Part shown: one piece after another, positions 1 through 10,185 of the stretch | Position numbering within the stretch: position 1 is the first letter of the stretch | Layout of the letters: each line of letters opens with the position of its first letter | NCBI GenBank assembly: GCA_049315425.1 | Contig: JBMOKE010000002.1 | Coordinates: forward strand, 951-64,950 | Reading direction: 5' to 3' | DNA length: 64,000 nucleotides | Origin: Mycobacterium sp. | Lineage (GTDB): Bacteria > Actinomycetota > Actinomycetes > Mycobacteriales > Mycobacteriaceae | Made by a program: the position numbers and the translations under genes | Notes under the pieces: model-generated | What the model was told of the DNA's origin: nothing | The model's input: the letters and a program-made list of their open reading frames with translations, nothing else | Databases searched by the model: none

Positions 1-1022
1 GTACCGATGGTGACCGAGATCGCCGGCTCATCCACGGTGATCCGCGGCAGCGCATGCGCGTGCTCGGGATCGGCGAGGGTATCGCCGATCATGATCTCGG
101 GCATACCCGCGACCGCGACGATATCGCCGGCGACGGCCTCATCAGTCGGCCTGCGGTCCACCCCTTCGGTGGCCAGAAGTTCGGTGATCTTGGCGCTGGT
201 GATAACGGGGAGCCCGTCGACCTCGCGCATCCAGGCCACCTGCTGGCCCTTGCGCAGCCTGCCGTTGTAGATCCGAATGAGGGCCAAACGACCGAGGAAC
301 GCCGACGCGTCCAGGTTGGTGACCAGGGCCTGCAGGGGCGCCTCCGGGTTCCCCTTCGGCGGCGGGATGTGCTCGAGGAGCACATCGAAGAGCGGATCGA
401 GGTTCTCGCCTTCGGGGTTCTCGCCGTTGGCCGGTTCCACCGTGCTCGCCACACCGGCACGACCGGATGCATACAGTGTGGGCAGGCCGAGGGCATGCTC
501 GGCGGCCTTCTGTGCCTCGGCATCCAGATCGGTGGCGACATCGAGCAGCAGGTCGTGACTTTCCGAGACGACCTCTGCGATGCGGGCATCCGGGCGATCG
601 GTCTTGTTGACCACCAGGATCACCGGCAGGTGTGCAGTCAGCGCCTTGCGCAGCACGAATCGGGTCTGCGGCAGCGGGCCTTCGGAGGCATCGACCAGCA
701 GCAGGACCCCGTCGACCATGGAGAGTCCGCGTTCTACCTCACCACCGAAGTCGGCGTGGCCCGGGGTGTCGATGACGTTGATCACGGTCTTGCTGCCGTC
801 GGGGTTACGGCGATGCACGGCGGTGTTCTTGGCGAGGATCGTGATGCCCTTTTCCTTCTCCAGATCCCCGGAGTCCATCAGTCGCTCGACGGCGTCGTCG
901 CCGCGGTGGCTCAGCGCCCCGGACTGCCGCAGCATCGCATCGACCAGGGTCGTTTTGCCGTGGTCGACGTGCGCGACGATGGCGACGTTTCGGAATTCGT
1001 GCTGGGAGTCGGGGCTAGTCAC
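1..1022 (-). CDS. typA: Translational GTPase TypA/BipA, N-terminal part (runs off the left edge)
   Basis: Manual minus-strand translation from GTG at 1022 gives ...EFRNVAIVAHVDHGKTTLVDAML, then EREKGITI and DTPGHADFGGEVER. Not in the ORF track because there is no stop inside the window. Confidence 0.95.
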   Translation of the reverse strand, partial: MTSPDSQHEFRNVAIVAHVDHGKTTLVDAMLRQSGALSHRGDDAVERLMDSGDLEKEKGITILAKNTAVHRRNPDGSKTVINVIDTPGHADFGGEVERGLSMVDGVLLLVDASEGPLPQTRFVLRKALTAHLPVILVVNKTDRPDARIAEVVSESHDLLLDVATDLDAEAQKAAEHALGLPTLYASGRAGVASTVEPANGENPEGENLDPLFDVLLEHIPPPKGNPEAPLQALVTNLDASAFLGRLALIRIYNGRLRKGQQVAWMREVDGLPVITSAKITELLATEGVDRRPTDEAVAGDIVAVAGMPEIMIGDTLADPEHAHALPRITVDEPAISVTIG

Positions 1023-1073
1023 AACGGTGATTGTCGCAGTGCGGGGGCCGGTTCGCGAAAACGTGTGCGCTGA

Positions 1074-1457
1074 TCAGCGGGCAAGACGGCTGCACAACGC
1101 GGGTAGCCAGGCCCGGTCGGCGGGCACCCATGCCAACTCGAGCAGATCGCTCGCCTCGACCCAGCGCAGCGCGCCGTGGTCGAGGGCCGCCAGCGTGCCG
1201 CCAGTCTGGTTCACCAGGTAGGCCCGCAAGATCAGCGCATCACCGATCGCCACATCCGCGCCAATCCGATCACCCACCACCACCTCTACGCCGAGCTCTT
1301 CGCGTAGTTCGCGTGCCAGTGCTTCGGCATCAGTCTCCCCCGGCGCCACTTTGCCGCCCGGCAGCTCCCACAGCCCGGCCAGTTCCGGAGGGCGCTGTCG
1401 CTGCGCGACCAGCAGCGCCGAACCGGAGATCAGCGCCCCGGCAACGACAACCTGCAT
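1074..1457 (-). CDS. mutT2: Nudix hydrolase, MutT-like (Rv1160 position)
   Basis: Nudix box in [26 protein letters not shown]; syntenic position. Confidence 0.85.
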   Translation of the reverse strand: MQVVVAGALISGSALLVAQRQRPPELAGLWELPGGKVAPGETDAEALARELREELGVEVVVGDRIGADVAIGDALILRAYLVNQTGGTLAALDHGALRWVEASDLLELAWVPADRAWLPALCSRLAR

Positions 1458-1465
1458 GGCGTGTG

Positions 1466-1477
1466 ACGGTATACCGT
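1466..1477. promoter_or_regulatory. Palindrome ACGGTATACCGT giving a TACCGT -10 hexamer on both strands
   Basis: Lies 6 nt before the phhB ATG (1484) and 8 nt before the mutT2 ATG (1457) in a 26-bp intergenic gap. Confidence 0.6.
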
Positions 1478-1483
1478 TGGCCC

Positions 1484-1780
1484 ATGGCTGTGCTGAGCGA
1501 TGACGAAGTGGACGCCGCCGCGGCGGATCTGAATGGATGGAAGCGCACCGACGGTGCGCTGCGTCGGTCGGTGACCTTCCCCACGTTCCTCGACGGGATT
1601 ACGGCGGTAGACCGGGTGGCTGAGCACGCCGAGCGCGCCGATCATCATCCCGATATTGATATCCGTTGGTGCACAGTGACTTTCGCCCTCGTCACGCACT
1701 CCGAAGGAGGGATTACCGACCGGGATGTACAGATGGCTCGGGAGATCGACGGAATCGTATCCGGCCTCGAGTCCCGGTAG
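1484..1780 (+). CDS. phhB: Pterin-4-alpha-carbinolamine dehydratase
   Basis: [14 protein letters not shown] and [14 protein letters not shown] motifs; start at ATG 1484 within ORF 1031..1780. Confidence 0.9.
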   Translation: MAVLSDDEVDAAAADLNGWKRTDGALRRSVTFPTFLDGITAVDRVAEHAERADHHPDIDIRWCTVTFALVTHSEGGITDRDVQMAREIDGIVSGLESR

Positions 1781-2993
1781 CCGCGATCCACGCCAGGGTG
1801 CCGAGCGTGGCGACGAGATACACCAGGCCGGCCCAGGCCAGGTACCACGGTCTGCCGATCTGCCAGATACTCGGCTGGGCGAAGCTGAGTAGCCACGGGA
1901 CACCGATGAGGGACAGCGCCAGCCATGCCCAGCCCAGCACCCGCGCGCCAGGTCGGCTCCGCCACGGCCCATTCAGTAGCCAGATCATCAACGGCACCAA
2001 CCAGATCCAGTGATGCGTCCAAGAGATCGGCGAGATGAGTAGGCCGAAGAGTTGGACGACCAGCAGCGAGCCCAGTCGGTCGCGCGGCGCGCCGGTATCA
2101 GTGCCGAGAGCATGCCAGGCCAGTGCTGCCAGCGCCGCGGTCGCGGTGATGGCGATCAGCACCAGCGGTCCGTAGCCCGCATCATGGCCCAGGACGCGGG
2201 AGAGGCCGCCCCGCCATGACTGGTTAAAGGACGTTCCTATCGGTCCGACCCGACTCGCGTCGCCCAGTAGGTCAGTGAAGTAGTAGCGTGCCTGCGCACC
2301 GATGACGACGAGGGACAGTCCAACGGTGCCGGCGAAAACCGCAGCCGTGAAAAGTGCTGTGCCCCAGCGCCGTACGCCCACGAAATACAGAACAGTGATC
2401 GCCGGTGTGAGCTTCACTCCGGCGGCCAGCCCGACCAGAAGGCCCGACAACCACCACCGGGTGCTGTACACCGCCCACAGCATCGCGAGCACCAGGATCA
2501 CATTGATCTGCCCGTAGTCGAAAGTACTGCGCAGCGGTTCGGTCCAGATCGCGATGGCCGTCCACAGCATCGCTATGCGCGAGGAACCGTCTCCCACTCC
2601 GAGCAACCGTTGACTGCACCGGACCACTCCGTACAGGGCGGCAATGGTCCCCAGTTGCCAGCACAGCGCCACCAGGGCGAAGGGCAGCAGGCTCAGCGGA
2701 TAGAACAGCAACGCCGCAAACGGCGGGTAGGTGAACGGCAGCGGGAAGTCCGGCGTCTGGTCGGCGTAGACGTAGGAGTACAGCGTTCCCGGCTCATCGA
2801 GTGCCGACGCACCACCGACGTACACATGCAGGTCGACGAAGTTGGCGCCATTGGGAACCAGATAGGTCCAGGCCAGCCGGGCCGCCACACTGGCAATCAG
2901 CACTACTGGCGCCAGCCTGATCAGGCGACCGTCCGCGGACCATCCCGGTGAGGCGGTGCGCACCGTGTGACTGTAGCGACGGGGCGATGTCAC
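1713..2993 (-). CDS. pimE: Polyprenol-phosphomannose-dependent alpha-1,2-mannosyltransferase (GT87)
   Basis: FVDLHVY, PFTYPPF, GQIN, KLTPA and SPISWTHHW motifs; multi-TM protein; Rv1159 synteny. Start codon uncertain. Confidence 0.85.
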   Translation of the reverse strand: MTSPRRYSHTVRTASPGWSADGRLIRLAPVVLIASVAARLAWTYLVPNGANFVDLHVYVGGASALDEPGTLYSYVYADQTPDFPLPFTYPPFAALLFYPLSLLPFALVALCWQLGTIAALYGVVRCSQRLLGVGDGSSRIAMLWTAIAIWTEPLRSTFDYGQINVILVLAMLWAVYSTRWWLSGLLVGLAAGVKLTPAITVLYFVGVRRWGTALFTAAVFAGTVGLSLVVIGAQARYYFTDLLGDASRVGPIGTSFNQSWRGGLSRVLGHDAGYGPLVLIAITATAALAALAWHALGTDTGAPRDRLGSLLVVQLFGLLISPISWTHHWIWLVPLMIWLLNGPWRSRPGARVLGWAWLALSLIGVPWLLSFAQPSIWQIGRPWYLAWAGLVYLVATLGTLAWIAATGTRGRIRFRRSPEPSVHPGR

Positions 2994-3107
2994 CGATGGC
3001 CATCGCTCCCGTAACGGTTGAATAACCGCCACTCGTGTCACTTGAGTAACTCCTGTATCGGGCTACCTTCGGGTTTCAGGACCTGCAATCAAGAGAGTGG
3101 GATCAAA

Positions 3108-3659
3108 ATGTCACGTTTTGTCAAGCTGTTCACCGCCAATGCGATTGCAGCTGCCGGGCTCTGCTCGGCCGCTGTCGCCCTCAGCCCGATCGCGGCTGCC
3201 GATCCCGTCATGCCGCCGGTGATCCCGGACGTACCGGCTCTGGGCATGCTTCAGCAGCTCGCCTCCAACCCCGCCGGAATCGGCGCGGTGCTGCAAACCG
3301 CAGCTACCGCTCTCAGCGGTGCCTCGTCGATCGTGGGTGCGCCCGCCGGCTCGACACTGCCGGTCTCGCCCATCAATGTGCCGGGCGCTGCCCCGGTTGC
3401 ACCGGTTGCGGCCTCGACCAGCCCGATAGCCGAATACCTTCCGCTGCTGAACCAGATCGGTATCCCGGGCAACCTGGTCAACCTGGCGCCGTCGCAGATG
3501 CCGTTCCCGATCCAGATCGGTAACACCGCGGGTGTCTCGCCGGCGGCGGTCACCGATCCGGTGACCATGCCGGTGGCCGGTGCGGTCGCGCCGATCGCTC
3601 CTGCACCGCCGGTTGGTGGGGTGCTGAACCCGCTGCCACTGCTTGCCGCTCTGCCCTAA
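3108..3659 (+). CDS. Secreted Ala/Pro-rich protein (Rv1158c-like)
   Basis: Signal-peptide-like N-terminus ending PIAAA-DP; low complexity; synteny. Confidence 0.7.
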   Translation: MSRFVKLFTANAIAAAGLCSAAVALSPIAAADPVMPPVIPDVPALGMLQQLASNPAGIGAVLQTAATALSGASSIVGAPAGSTLPVSPINVPGAAPVAPVAASTSPIAEYLPLLNQIGIPGNLVNLAPSQMPFPIQIGNTAGVSPAAVTDPVTMPVAGAVAPIAPAPPVGGVLNPLPLLAALP

Positions 3660-3716
3660 TCCGTTTTGTCCTGACCCGCTCTACCCTGACCACCAACCAC
3701 CTGACGGGGACACACT

Positions 3717-4796
3717 GTGCTGCAGATCGCCAAGCTCACCGCCGGCCTGACCGCCGCCGCGTTCGCCATGACCGCGGTGGTTGTCAGTCCGGGCGCGGCG
3801 GCTGACCCGACGATCCCGTTGGATCCGGGTCAGCTGCCCGGTATGGAGGCGGTGCAGAACCTCAGCCCGGTGATCCAGCAGGCCGCAGCGGTTCCATCCT
3901 CGGCACAGCAACTGCTGCTGGCTGCCGCCTCCCAGCTCGCCGGCAACGCCGCCACCCCGGCCGGGTCGGCGGCACTTGCCGACGCGGTCACCCGGTTCGT
4001 CCAGGACGGCGGACCGGCCGGGCTGGCATCGGCTCTACCTTCGGGCAGCCTGCCGTCAGCCGCCGTCACCCAGCAGGCGGCGATCGGTCCCGCCCATGGC
4101 ACTACGCCGCTGATGACACCCGGCACCGGCAATGGCCCGATCCCACTGGAACAGCATGTGCCTGCCGCAGGCGCGATTCCCGGCACCGATGCCCACCTGC
4201 CCACCGGCATCGATCCCGCGCATGCGGCGGGACCTGTTGCGGACACCCTGCCCGCCAACACCCTGCCCGCCAACACCATGCCCGAGGTGTCCCGCATGGT
4301 GAGCCCGGCCGCAGCCGTTGCCCAGGCCGCGGCGCCGGTTCAACCGATCGCCCCTGCACCGGCGGCAGCCCCGTCCTTCGACCCCAACAGCCCGCCGACC
4401 CAGGACTTCATGTACCCGTCGATCAGCGCCGGCTGCCTCAAAGACGGCGGCAACGTCATCGCGGCCGCACTGTCAGTCGCCGGCCCGGCGAAGATCCCCA
4501 CGCCCGGCCCCGGCCCGGGCCAGACGGCCTACGTGTTCACCGCGGTGGGCACGCCGGCGCCGGCCGCCGAGCAGAAGCTGCCGCTCAACGTCACCTGGGT
4601 CAACCTCACCACCGGGCGTTCGGGCAGCGCAACGCTCAAACCCAACCCCGGTATCAACCCCCAGGGTCCAACCACGCTGACCGCCATCGTGGACACCGGT
4701 TCGGGCAGCATCATGTCGACGATTTTCGGCCAGGTGACCACTCTGGACAAGCAGTGCACCTTCATGCCGACGATCGGCTCCACCGTCGTACCGTGA
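3717..4796 (+). CDS. Secreted Ala/Pro-rich protein (Rv1157c-like)
   Basis: Signal peptide ending AAA-DP; C-terminal domain TQDFMYPSIS...CTFMPTIG with two Cys; synteny. Confidence 0.8.
   Translation: MLQIAKLTAGLTAAAFAMTAVVVSPGAAADPTIPLDPGQLPGMEAVQNLSPVIQQAAAVPSSAQQLLLAAASQLAGNAATPAGSAALADAVTRFVQDGGPAGLASALPSGSLPSAAVTQQAAIGPAHGTTPLMTPGTGNGPIPLEQHVPAAGAIPGTDAHLPTGIDPAHAAGPVADTLPANTLPANTMPEVSRMVSPAAAVAQAAAPVQPIAPAPAAAPSFDPNSPPTQDFMYPSISAGCLKDGGNVIAAALSVAGPAKIPTPGPGPGQTAYVFTAVGTPAPAAEQKLPLNVTWVNLTTGRSGSATLKPNPGINPQGPTTLTAIVDTGSGSIMSTIFGQVTTLDKQCTFMPTIGSTVVP
4243..4283 (+). repeat. 15-bp in-frame tandem repeat ACACCCTGCCCGCCA, about 2.7 copies
   Basis: Read directly; encodes DTLPANTLPANTMP. Confidence 0.8.
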
Positions 4797-4803
4797 CCGT
4801 CGG

Positions 4804-5979
4804 TTAGCGCACGGCCTGGGCGATCGCGTCGAAGCTGCGGACCGTTTCGTCGCTCTCGGCCGCCGGCACGGGAGTTGTGAAGCTCGAGAAACGCGCGATC
4901 ACCACGCGCGAGGGAACATCGATGTAGCAGTACTGGCCGAACATGCCGATGCCCGTGAACGCGCGATCACCCTTGCGTACCCAGAACGCATTCCGGTACA
5001 TGGACCAGTCCGCACTCTCCTCCGGCGTGGTCGTGGGGCTCTCGAGAAAGCAGCGTTTCGCATCCTCGTCGCCATGCTGTGTGTCCTGCACCCACTCGGC
5101 AGGAATGATGCCCTGACCGTCACGGAGGTAAGCGAGACCAAAACGCGCCAGGTCGCGAGTGGAACACGACAGTCCGCCTTCGACCACCGCATCGCCGACA
5201 ACATCGAGCATGTGATCCGCGTCGTGCTCCATGCCCAGCGGTACCCAGAGTTGTTCGGACAACGCATCCACGAACCGTCGTTCGGTGACGATCTCCACCA
5301 GACGCGCCGCGACGTTCGTCAGCACGGATCGATAATCGAAGTAGCGCCCATGCTCGCGTGATTTCGGATAGGTGTGGAAGTGTGCGTACATGCCGATCGG
5401 CTCGAGACCGCCGAGCCTGCGGTAGTTGGCCTGCCGCTCGTAGTCGAGGAGCGGATTGGAGACATCGGGGTGGGCATAGAGTTCGTAGTCCTCGACGAAC
5501 TCCGTACCGGCCGTCATGTCGATGACCTGGCGAACGGTGGCGCCGTCGAGGCTGCTTCCGGTGAACTGCGGCGCAATGTCGGTGACCAGTTGGTCCATCG
5601 CGATCAGGCCCTTGCCGACCTGGATGCCCAGCATCGCGCCGACGAACGACTTCGACACACTCATGCATAGGTGCGGCGTGCGCGGCGTCATGCCGTTCAC
5701 GTACCGCTCGTAGACCACCACCCCGTCCTTGAGTACGACGAGGCTCTCACCGTTCGTTGCGGTGAACTGACGATCGACGGTGGTGGTCGAGCCATCCGTG
5801 GCCATCACCTCAACCGTGCCGAGATCCTGTAACTCGACGGGCAATACACTGACGACGCCCGAGTCGTTCGCCACCCGCGCCGTGGGTGCAAACTCACGCA
5901 CACGTTGAAAAGAACGGCTCTGATACGGACGGTCGAGCCAGTTCTCAGTCGTCGTCCGGGCAGGGTCAGACCGCGGCAT
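4804..5979 (-). CDS. Serine hydrolase, beta-lactamase fold (NylB/6-aminohexanoate-dimer hydrolase-like)
   Basis: SxxK motif in MSVSKS, FDYRSVLTN, GGLSCSTRDLARFG, GIGMFGQ. Confidence 0.85.
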   Translation of the reverse strand: MPRSDPARTTTENWLDRPYQSRSFQRVREFAPTARVANDSGVVSVLPVELQDLGTVEVMATDGSTTTVDRQFTATNGESLVVLKDGVVVYERYVNGMTPRTPHLCMSVSKSFVGAMLGIQVGKGLIAMDQLVTDIAPQFTGSSLDGATVRQVIDMTAGTEFVEDYELYAHPDVSNPLLDYERQANYRRLGGLEPIGMYAHFHTYPKSREHGRYFDYRSVLTNVAARLVEIVTERRFVDALSEQLWVPLGMEHDADHMLDVVGDAVVEGGLSCSTRDLARFGLAYLRDGQGIIPAEWVQDTQHGDEDAKRCFLESPTTTPEESADWSMYRNAFWVRKGDRAFTGIGMFGQYCYIDVPSRVVIARFSSFTTPVPAAESDETVRSFDAIAQAVR

Positions 5980-6126
5980 CTAGTAGGCCATGAACAGGAT
6001 GTGCTCCCGTTCGTATTCCATACCCGGGTGGGCCTGGGCCAGGTGCGCCTGAGCCAGCTCGACAAGCTCGTCCTCGTCCTTGCCGACGATCGCCTCCCCG
6101 CAGGGGCAATTCAGATGCGTCTTCAT
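5980..6126 (-). CDS. Small 48-aa protein, DUF1059-like putative metal binder
   Basis: Manual translation MKTHLNCPCGEAIVGKDEDELVELAQAHLAQAHPGMEYEREHILFMAY; SD-like GGGAG upstream; below the ORF-track length cutoff. Confidence 0.8.
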   Translation of the reverse strand: MKTHLNCPCGEAIVGKDEDELVELAQAHLAQAHPGMEYEREHILFMAY

Positions 6127-6143
6127 TGGTTATCTCCCGTTGC

Positions 6144-6725
6144 TCAGATCGTGGCTGCGTGAGCCCTGGCCGCTTTCATCTTCTTCTTGTACGTCCGCAC
6201 CTGATCCAGCGACCCCTTATCCACCACATCAGCGATAGACATGTGGGTGCCGGCCTTTCCGTAGTCACCGGCGGCTGCACGCCAGCCTCGCGGAGTGACC
6301 CCGTACTGCTTGCCCAGCAGCGCCAGGAAAATCTTGGCCTTCTGCTCGCCGAAACCGGGCAACGCCTTCAGTCGACGCAGCACCTCGGCTCCGTCAGGAT
6401 CATCGATGGTCCACAGCCCGACTGTGTCACCGTCATAGCGGACAACGATCTCGCGGGCCAGGTCCTGAATCCGCTTGGCCATTGATCCCGGAAAGCGATG
6501 AACCGCAGGGGTTTGCGCACAGGCGGCGGCGAAGCGCTCCGGGTCGGCATCGGCGATCAGGCGCGCATCGATGCCGCCCAGCCGGTCAGCGATCTTGCGC
6601 GGCCCCGCGAAAGCAACCTCCATCGCTATCTGCTGATCCAGCAACATCCCGACGAGCAACGCAAACGGATCCTCGGACAGCAGAGCGTCGGCCACAGGAT
6701 CCTGAGTCAGCTGCAATCGCGCCAC
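6144..6725 (-). CDS. HhH-GPD-type base-excision repair family protein (Rv1156-like)
   Basis: DPFALLVGMLLDQQ, LKALPGFGEQKAKIF helix-hairpin-helix; TAGACT 6 nt before the GTG. Confidence 0.85.
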   Translation of the reverse strand: MARLQLTQDPVADALLSEDPFALLVGMLLDQQIAMEVAFAGPRKIADRLGGIDARLIADADPERFAAACAQTPAVHRFPGSMAKRIQDLAREIVVRYDGDTVGLWTIDDPDGAEVLRRLKALPGFGEQKAKIFLALLGKQYGVTPRGWRAAAGDYGKAGTHMSIADVVDKGSLDQVRTYKKKMKAARAHAATI

Positions 6726-6845
6726 CGGTTCAGTCTAGGCGCAGCACCGGCGACCTAGAACCGATCGGAAGGGGTTGCTTCCGTGCCCGATATTGACGCC
6801 GAGAATCGCTGATCGGTCTCTAGCAGACCGGTGTCGGGGAACGGG

Positions 6846-7028
6846 TTAGGCGCTGCCGCTCCGGCGTCGGAACTCCCGCCGGTTCTCCACTACACCGTGC
6901 GCGCGCACCTGCTTACCGCCGATGCCCTTGTGATCGGCGCCGCCCGCCGACTTGGCTTTCTTGCGTTCCAGCGCCTCGCGGAACTTGCGCTTGGTCTCGT
7001 CCTGGGGGTCCGAGTCGTCCTTGGCCAT
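6846..7028 (-). CDS. Small basic protein, DUF5302-like
   Basis: KRKFREALERKK and RREFRRRSG; start ATG 7028 preferred, 7046 possible. Confidence 0.7.
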   Translation of the reverse strand: MAKDDSDPQDETKRKFREALERKKAKSAGGADHKGIGGKQVRAHGVVENRREFRRRSGSA

Positions 7029-7042
7029 CTTTGGAGGGTAGC

Positions 7043-8373
<1,331 letters not shown>

Positions 8374-8376
8374 GCC

Positions 8377-8742
8377 TCAGCTGAATTCGGCGTCCAGATA
8401 GCGTAACGCCTCCGGCTTTCCCAGCCCCAGAGCGCGGGCCACCTCAGCATAATTCTGCGCTGCGGCCGCCATCGCAGCATCGGCGGGATCGGAGCGGGCG
8501 ACGAAAGTACCCCACCGCCTGCGGGTTTCAACGATCCCGGCGCCCTCCAGTTCGCGATAGGCGCGCGCCACGGTGTTGGGCGCCAAACCGAGTTCTACGG
8601 CTAGTTCCCGCACCGTGGGAAGCCGGGTACCCGCGGCCAGCCTCCCGTCTCGGACGGCGTCGATCACCGCAACCCGTAACTGGTCGTACAGCGGTGCCCC
8701 TGAGTCGCTGTCGACCCGCAGCCACTGCGCCAGTTCCGCCAC
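8377..8742 (-). CDS. GntR family transcriptional regulator (Rv1152-like)
   Basis: [11 protein letters not shown]...[12 protein letters not shown] winged HTH. Confidence 0.9.
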   Translation of the reverse strand: MAELAQWLRVDSDSGAPLYDQLRVAVIDAVRDGRLAAGTRLPTVRELAVELGLAPNTVARAYRELEGAGIVETRRRWGTFVARSDPADAAMAAAAQNYAEVARALGLGKPEALRYLDAEFS

Positions 8743-8779
8743 GCTCTTCAGTATCGTCGATACCGGCTATCTTGGGGAT

Positions 8780-9505
8780 GTGCGTATCGCGGTGCTCAGC
8801 GGAGCCGGGATCTCCGCCGAAAGCGGGGTGCCGACTTTCCGCGATGACGCGACCGGCCTGTGGGCGAAGTACGACCCGTATGAGCTATCCAGCACCGACG
8901 GATGGCAGCGCCACCCCGAGCGAGTGTGGGCCTGGTACCTGTGGCGCCATCACCTGGTGCAGCAGGTAGCGCCCAATGACGGCCACCGGGCCCTGGCGGA
9001 CTGGCAAGACTTCGCCGACGTCACCGTGATCACCCAGAATGTCGACGACCTTCATGAACGGGCGGGCAGTCGCCTCGTGCACCACCTGCACGGCAGCCTG
9101 TTTGAGTTCTGGTGCGACACCTGCGGCTCGCGCTATCACCAACCGCTGCCCGATATGCCCACACCCGAACTGGAGATGATGCCGCCATCCTGTGAATGCG
9201 GCGGGCTGATCCGGCCGGGCATTGTCTGGTTCGGCGAACCGCTGCCCGATGAGACCTGGCAGGCCGCGGTGGAGGCAGTCGCCCACGCCGACGTGCTGCT
9301 GGTGGTCGGCACCTCGGGCATCGTCTACCCGGCGGCCGGCCTCCCGGAGTACGCCCTGGCGCGTGGCACGGTGGTGTTGGAAGTCAACCCCGAGCCGACC
9401 CCGCTGTCGGCCAGTGCCACGCTGACGATTCGCGATTCTGCCGGTGCGGTGCTGCCCGGACTGCTCGCACGGCTACCCGCGCTGCTGGACATCAAGGGTT
9501 CTTGA
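8780..9505 (+). CDS. cobB: NAD-dependent protein deacylase (sirtuin)
   Basis: [31 protein letters not shown], Zn-binding CxxC...CxC, GTSG; TATCTT 6 nt before GTG 8780. Confidence 0.95.
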   Translation: MRIAVLSGAGISAESGVPTFRDDATGLWAKYDPYELSSTDGWQRHPERVWAWYLWRHHLVQQVAPNDGHRALADWQDFADVTVITQNVDDLHERAGSRLVHHLHGSLFEFWCDTCGSRYHQPLPDMPTPELEMMPPSCECGGLIRPGIVWFGEPLPDETWQAAVEAVAHADVLLVVGTSGIVYPAAGLPEYALARGTVVLEVNPEPTPLSASATLTIRDSAGAVLPGLLARLPALLDIKGS

Positions 9506-10163
9506 TCGCCCGACCAAGGGCGATCTCAGAGACCGGAAGCGGAACCCAGGCCGGAAACGTCGACTGGTGTCGAGCGGTCTCGACGGTGAAGCCCGCGTTG
9601 CTGATCGCGCGTTCGGTGTGACGATGAGTGTGACAGTTGCCGGCGATCCGCGGCCATAGGGTGAAATCCGCCAGACGCTGCAATCCCCCACGCCACCCGG
9701 CACTGGCGACGTGTTCGAAGTACCGCAGTTCACCTCCGGGTTTGAGCACCGAGTTCAGTTGGCGCAGAACAGCATCAGGGTCGTCAACCGAGCACAGCAC
9801 CAGTGAGCAGACGACCGCGTCGAATGGTTCGGCTGCGGGCATGGTTTCGATGGTGGATTCGATGACGGTGACCGGTACCGAGACGCCGGCCGCCGCTTCC
9901 CGAGCCACCGGTGCCAGCCGTGTCTCAGGCTCCAGCGCGACCACCTGTTCGACGGTGTCGGGGTAGTAGGCGAAGTTAGTACCGGTTCCAGCGCCGACCT
10001 CGAGTACCCGACCCGATAGCCCAGCCAGGTTCTCGCCTCGCAACCTGCGCAACAGTGGCGTCTCATGTGCGGACATGACTGTCCACATCCGCGCGAAGAA
10101 CGGATGGTCGAGAGTCTTCTCAGGCACTGACGTCTTCTCAGGCGTTGGCGGCTTCTGTGTCAT
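9492..10163 (-). CDS. Class I SAM-dependent methyltransferase (Rv1147-like)
   Basis: VLEVGAGTG motif [19 protein letters not shown]; TAGGGT 7 nt before ATG 10163. Confidence 0.9.
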   Translation of the reverse strand: MTQKPPTPEKTSVPEKTLDHPFFARMWTVMSAHETPLLRRLRGENLAGLSGRVLEVGAGTGTNFAYYPDTVEQVVALEPETRLAPVAREAAAGVSVPVTVIESTIETMPAAEPFDAVVCSLVLCSVDDPDAVLRQLNSVLKPGGELRYFEHVASAGWRGGLQRLADFTLWPRIAGNCHTHRHTERAISNAGFTVETARHQSTFPAWVPLPVSEIALGRAIKNP

Positions 10164-10185
10164 CGGCCTCACCCTAATCGCGCGC

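Noticed and set aside
54-1073. 339-aa plus-strand ORF
   Set aside because: Antisense shadow of typA.
6760-6830. Possible sRNA between DUF5302 and HhH-GPD
   Set aside because: Only short 5-6 bp hairpins, adequately explained as a terminator and promoter region.
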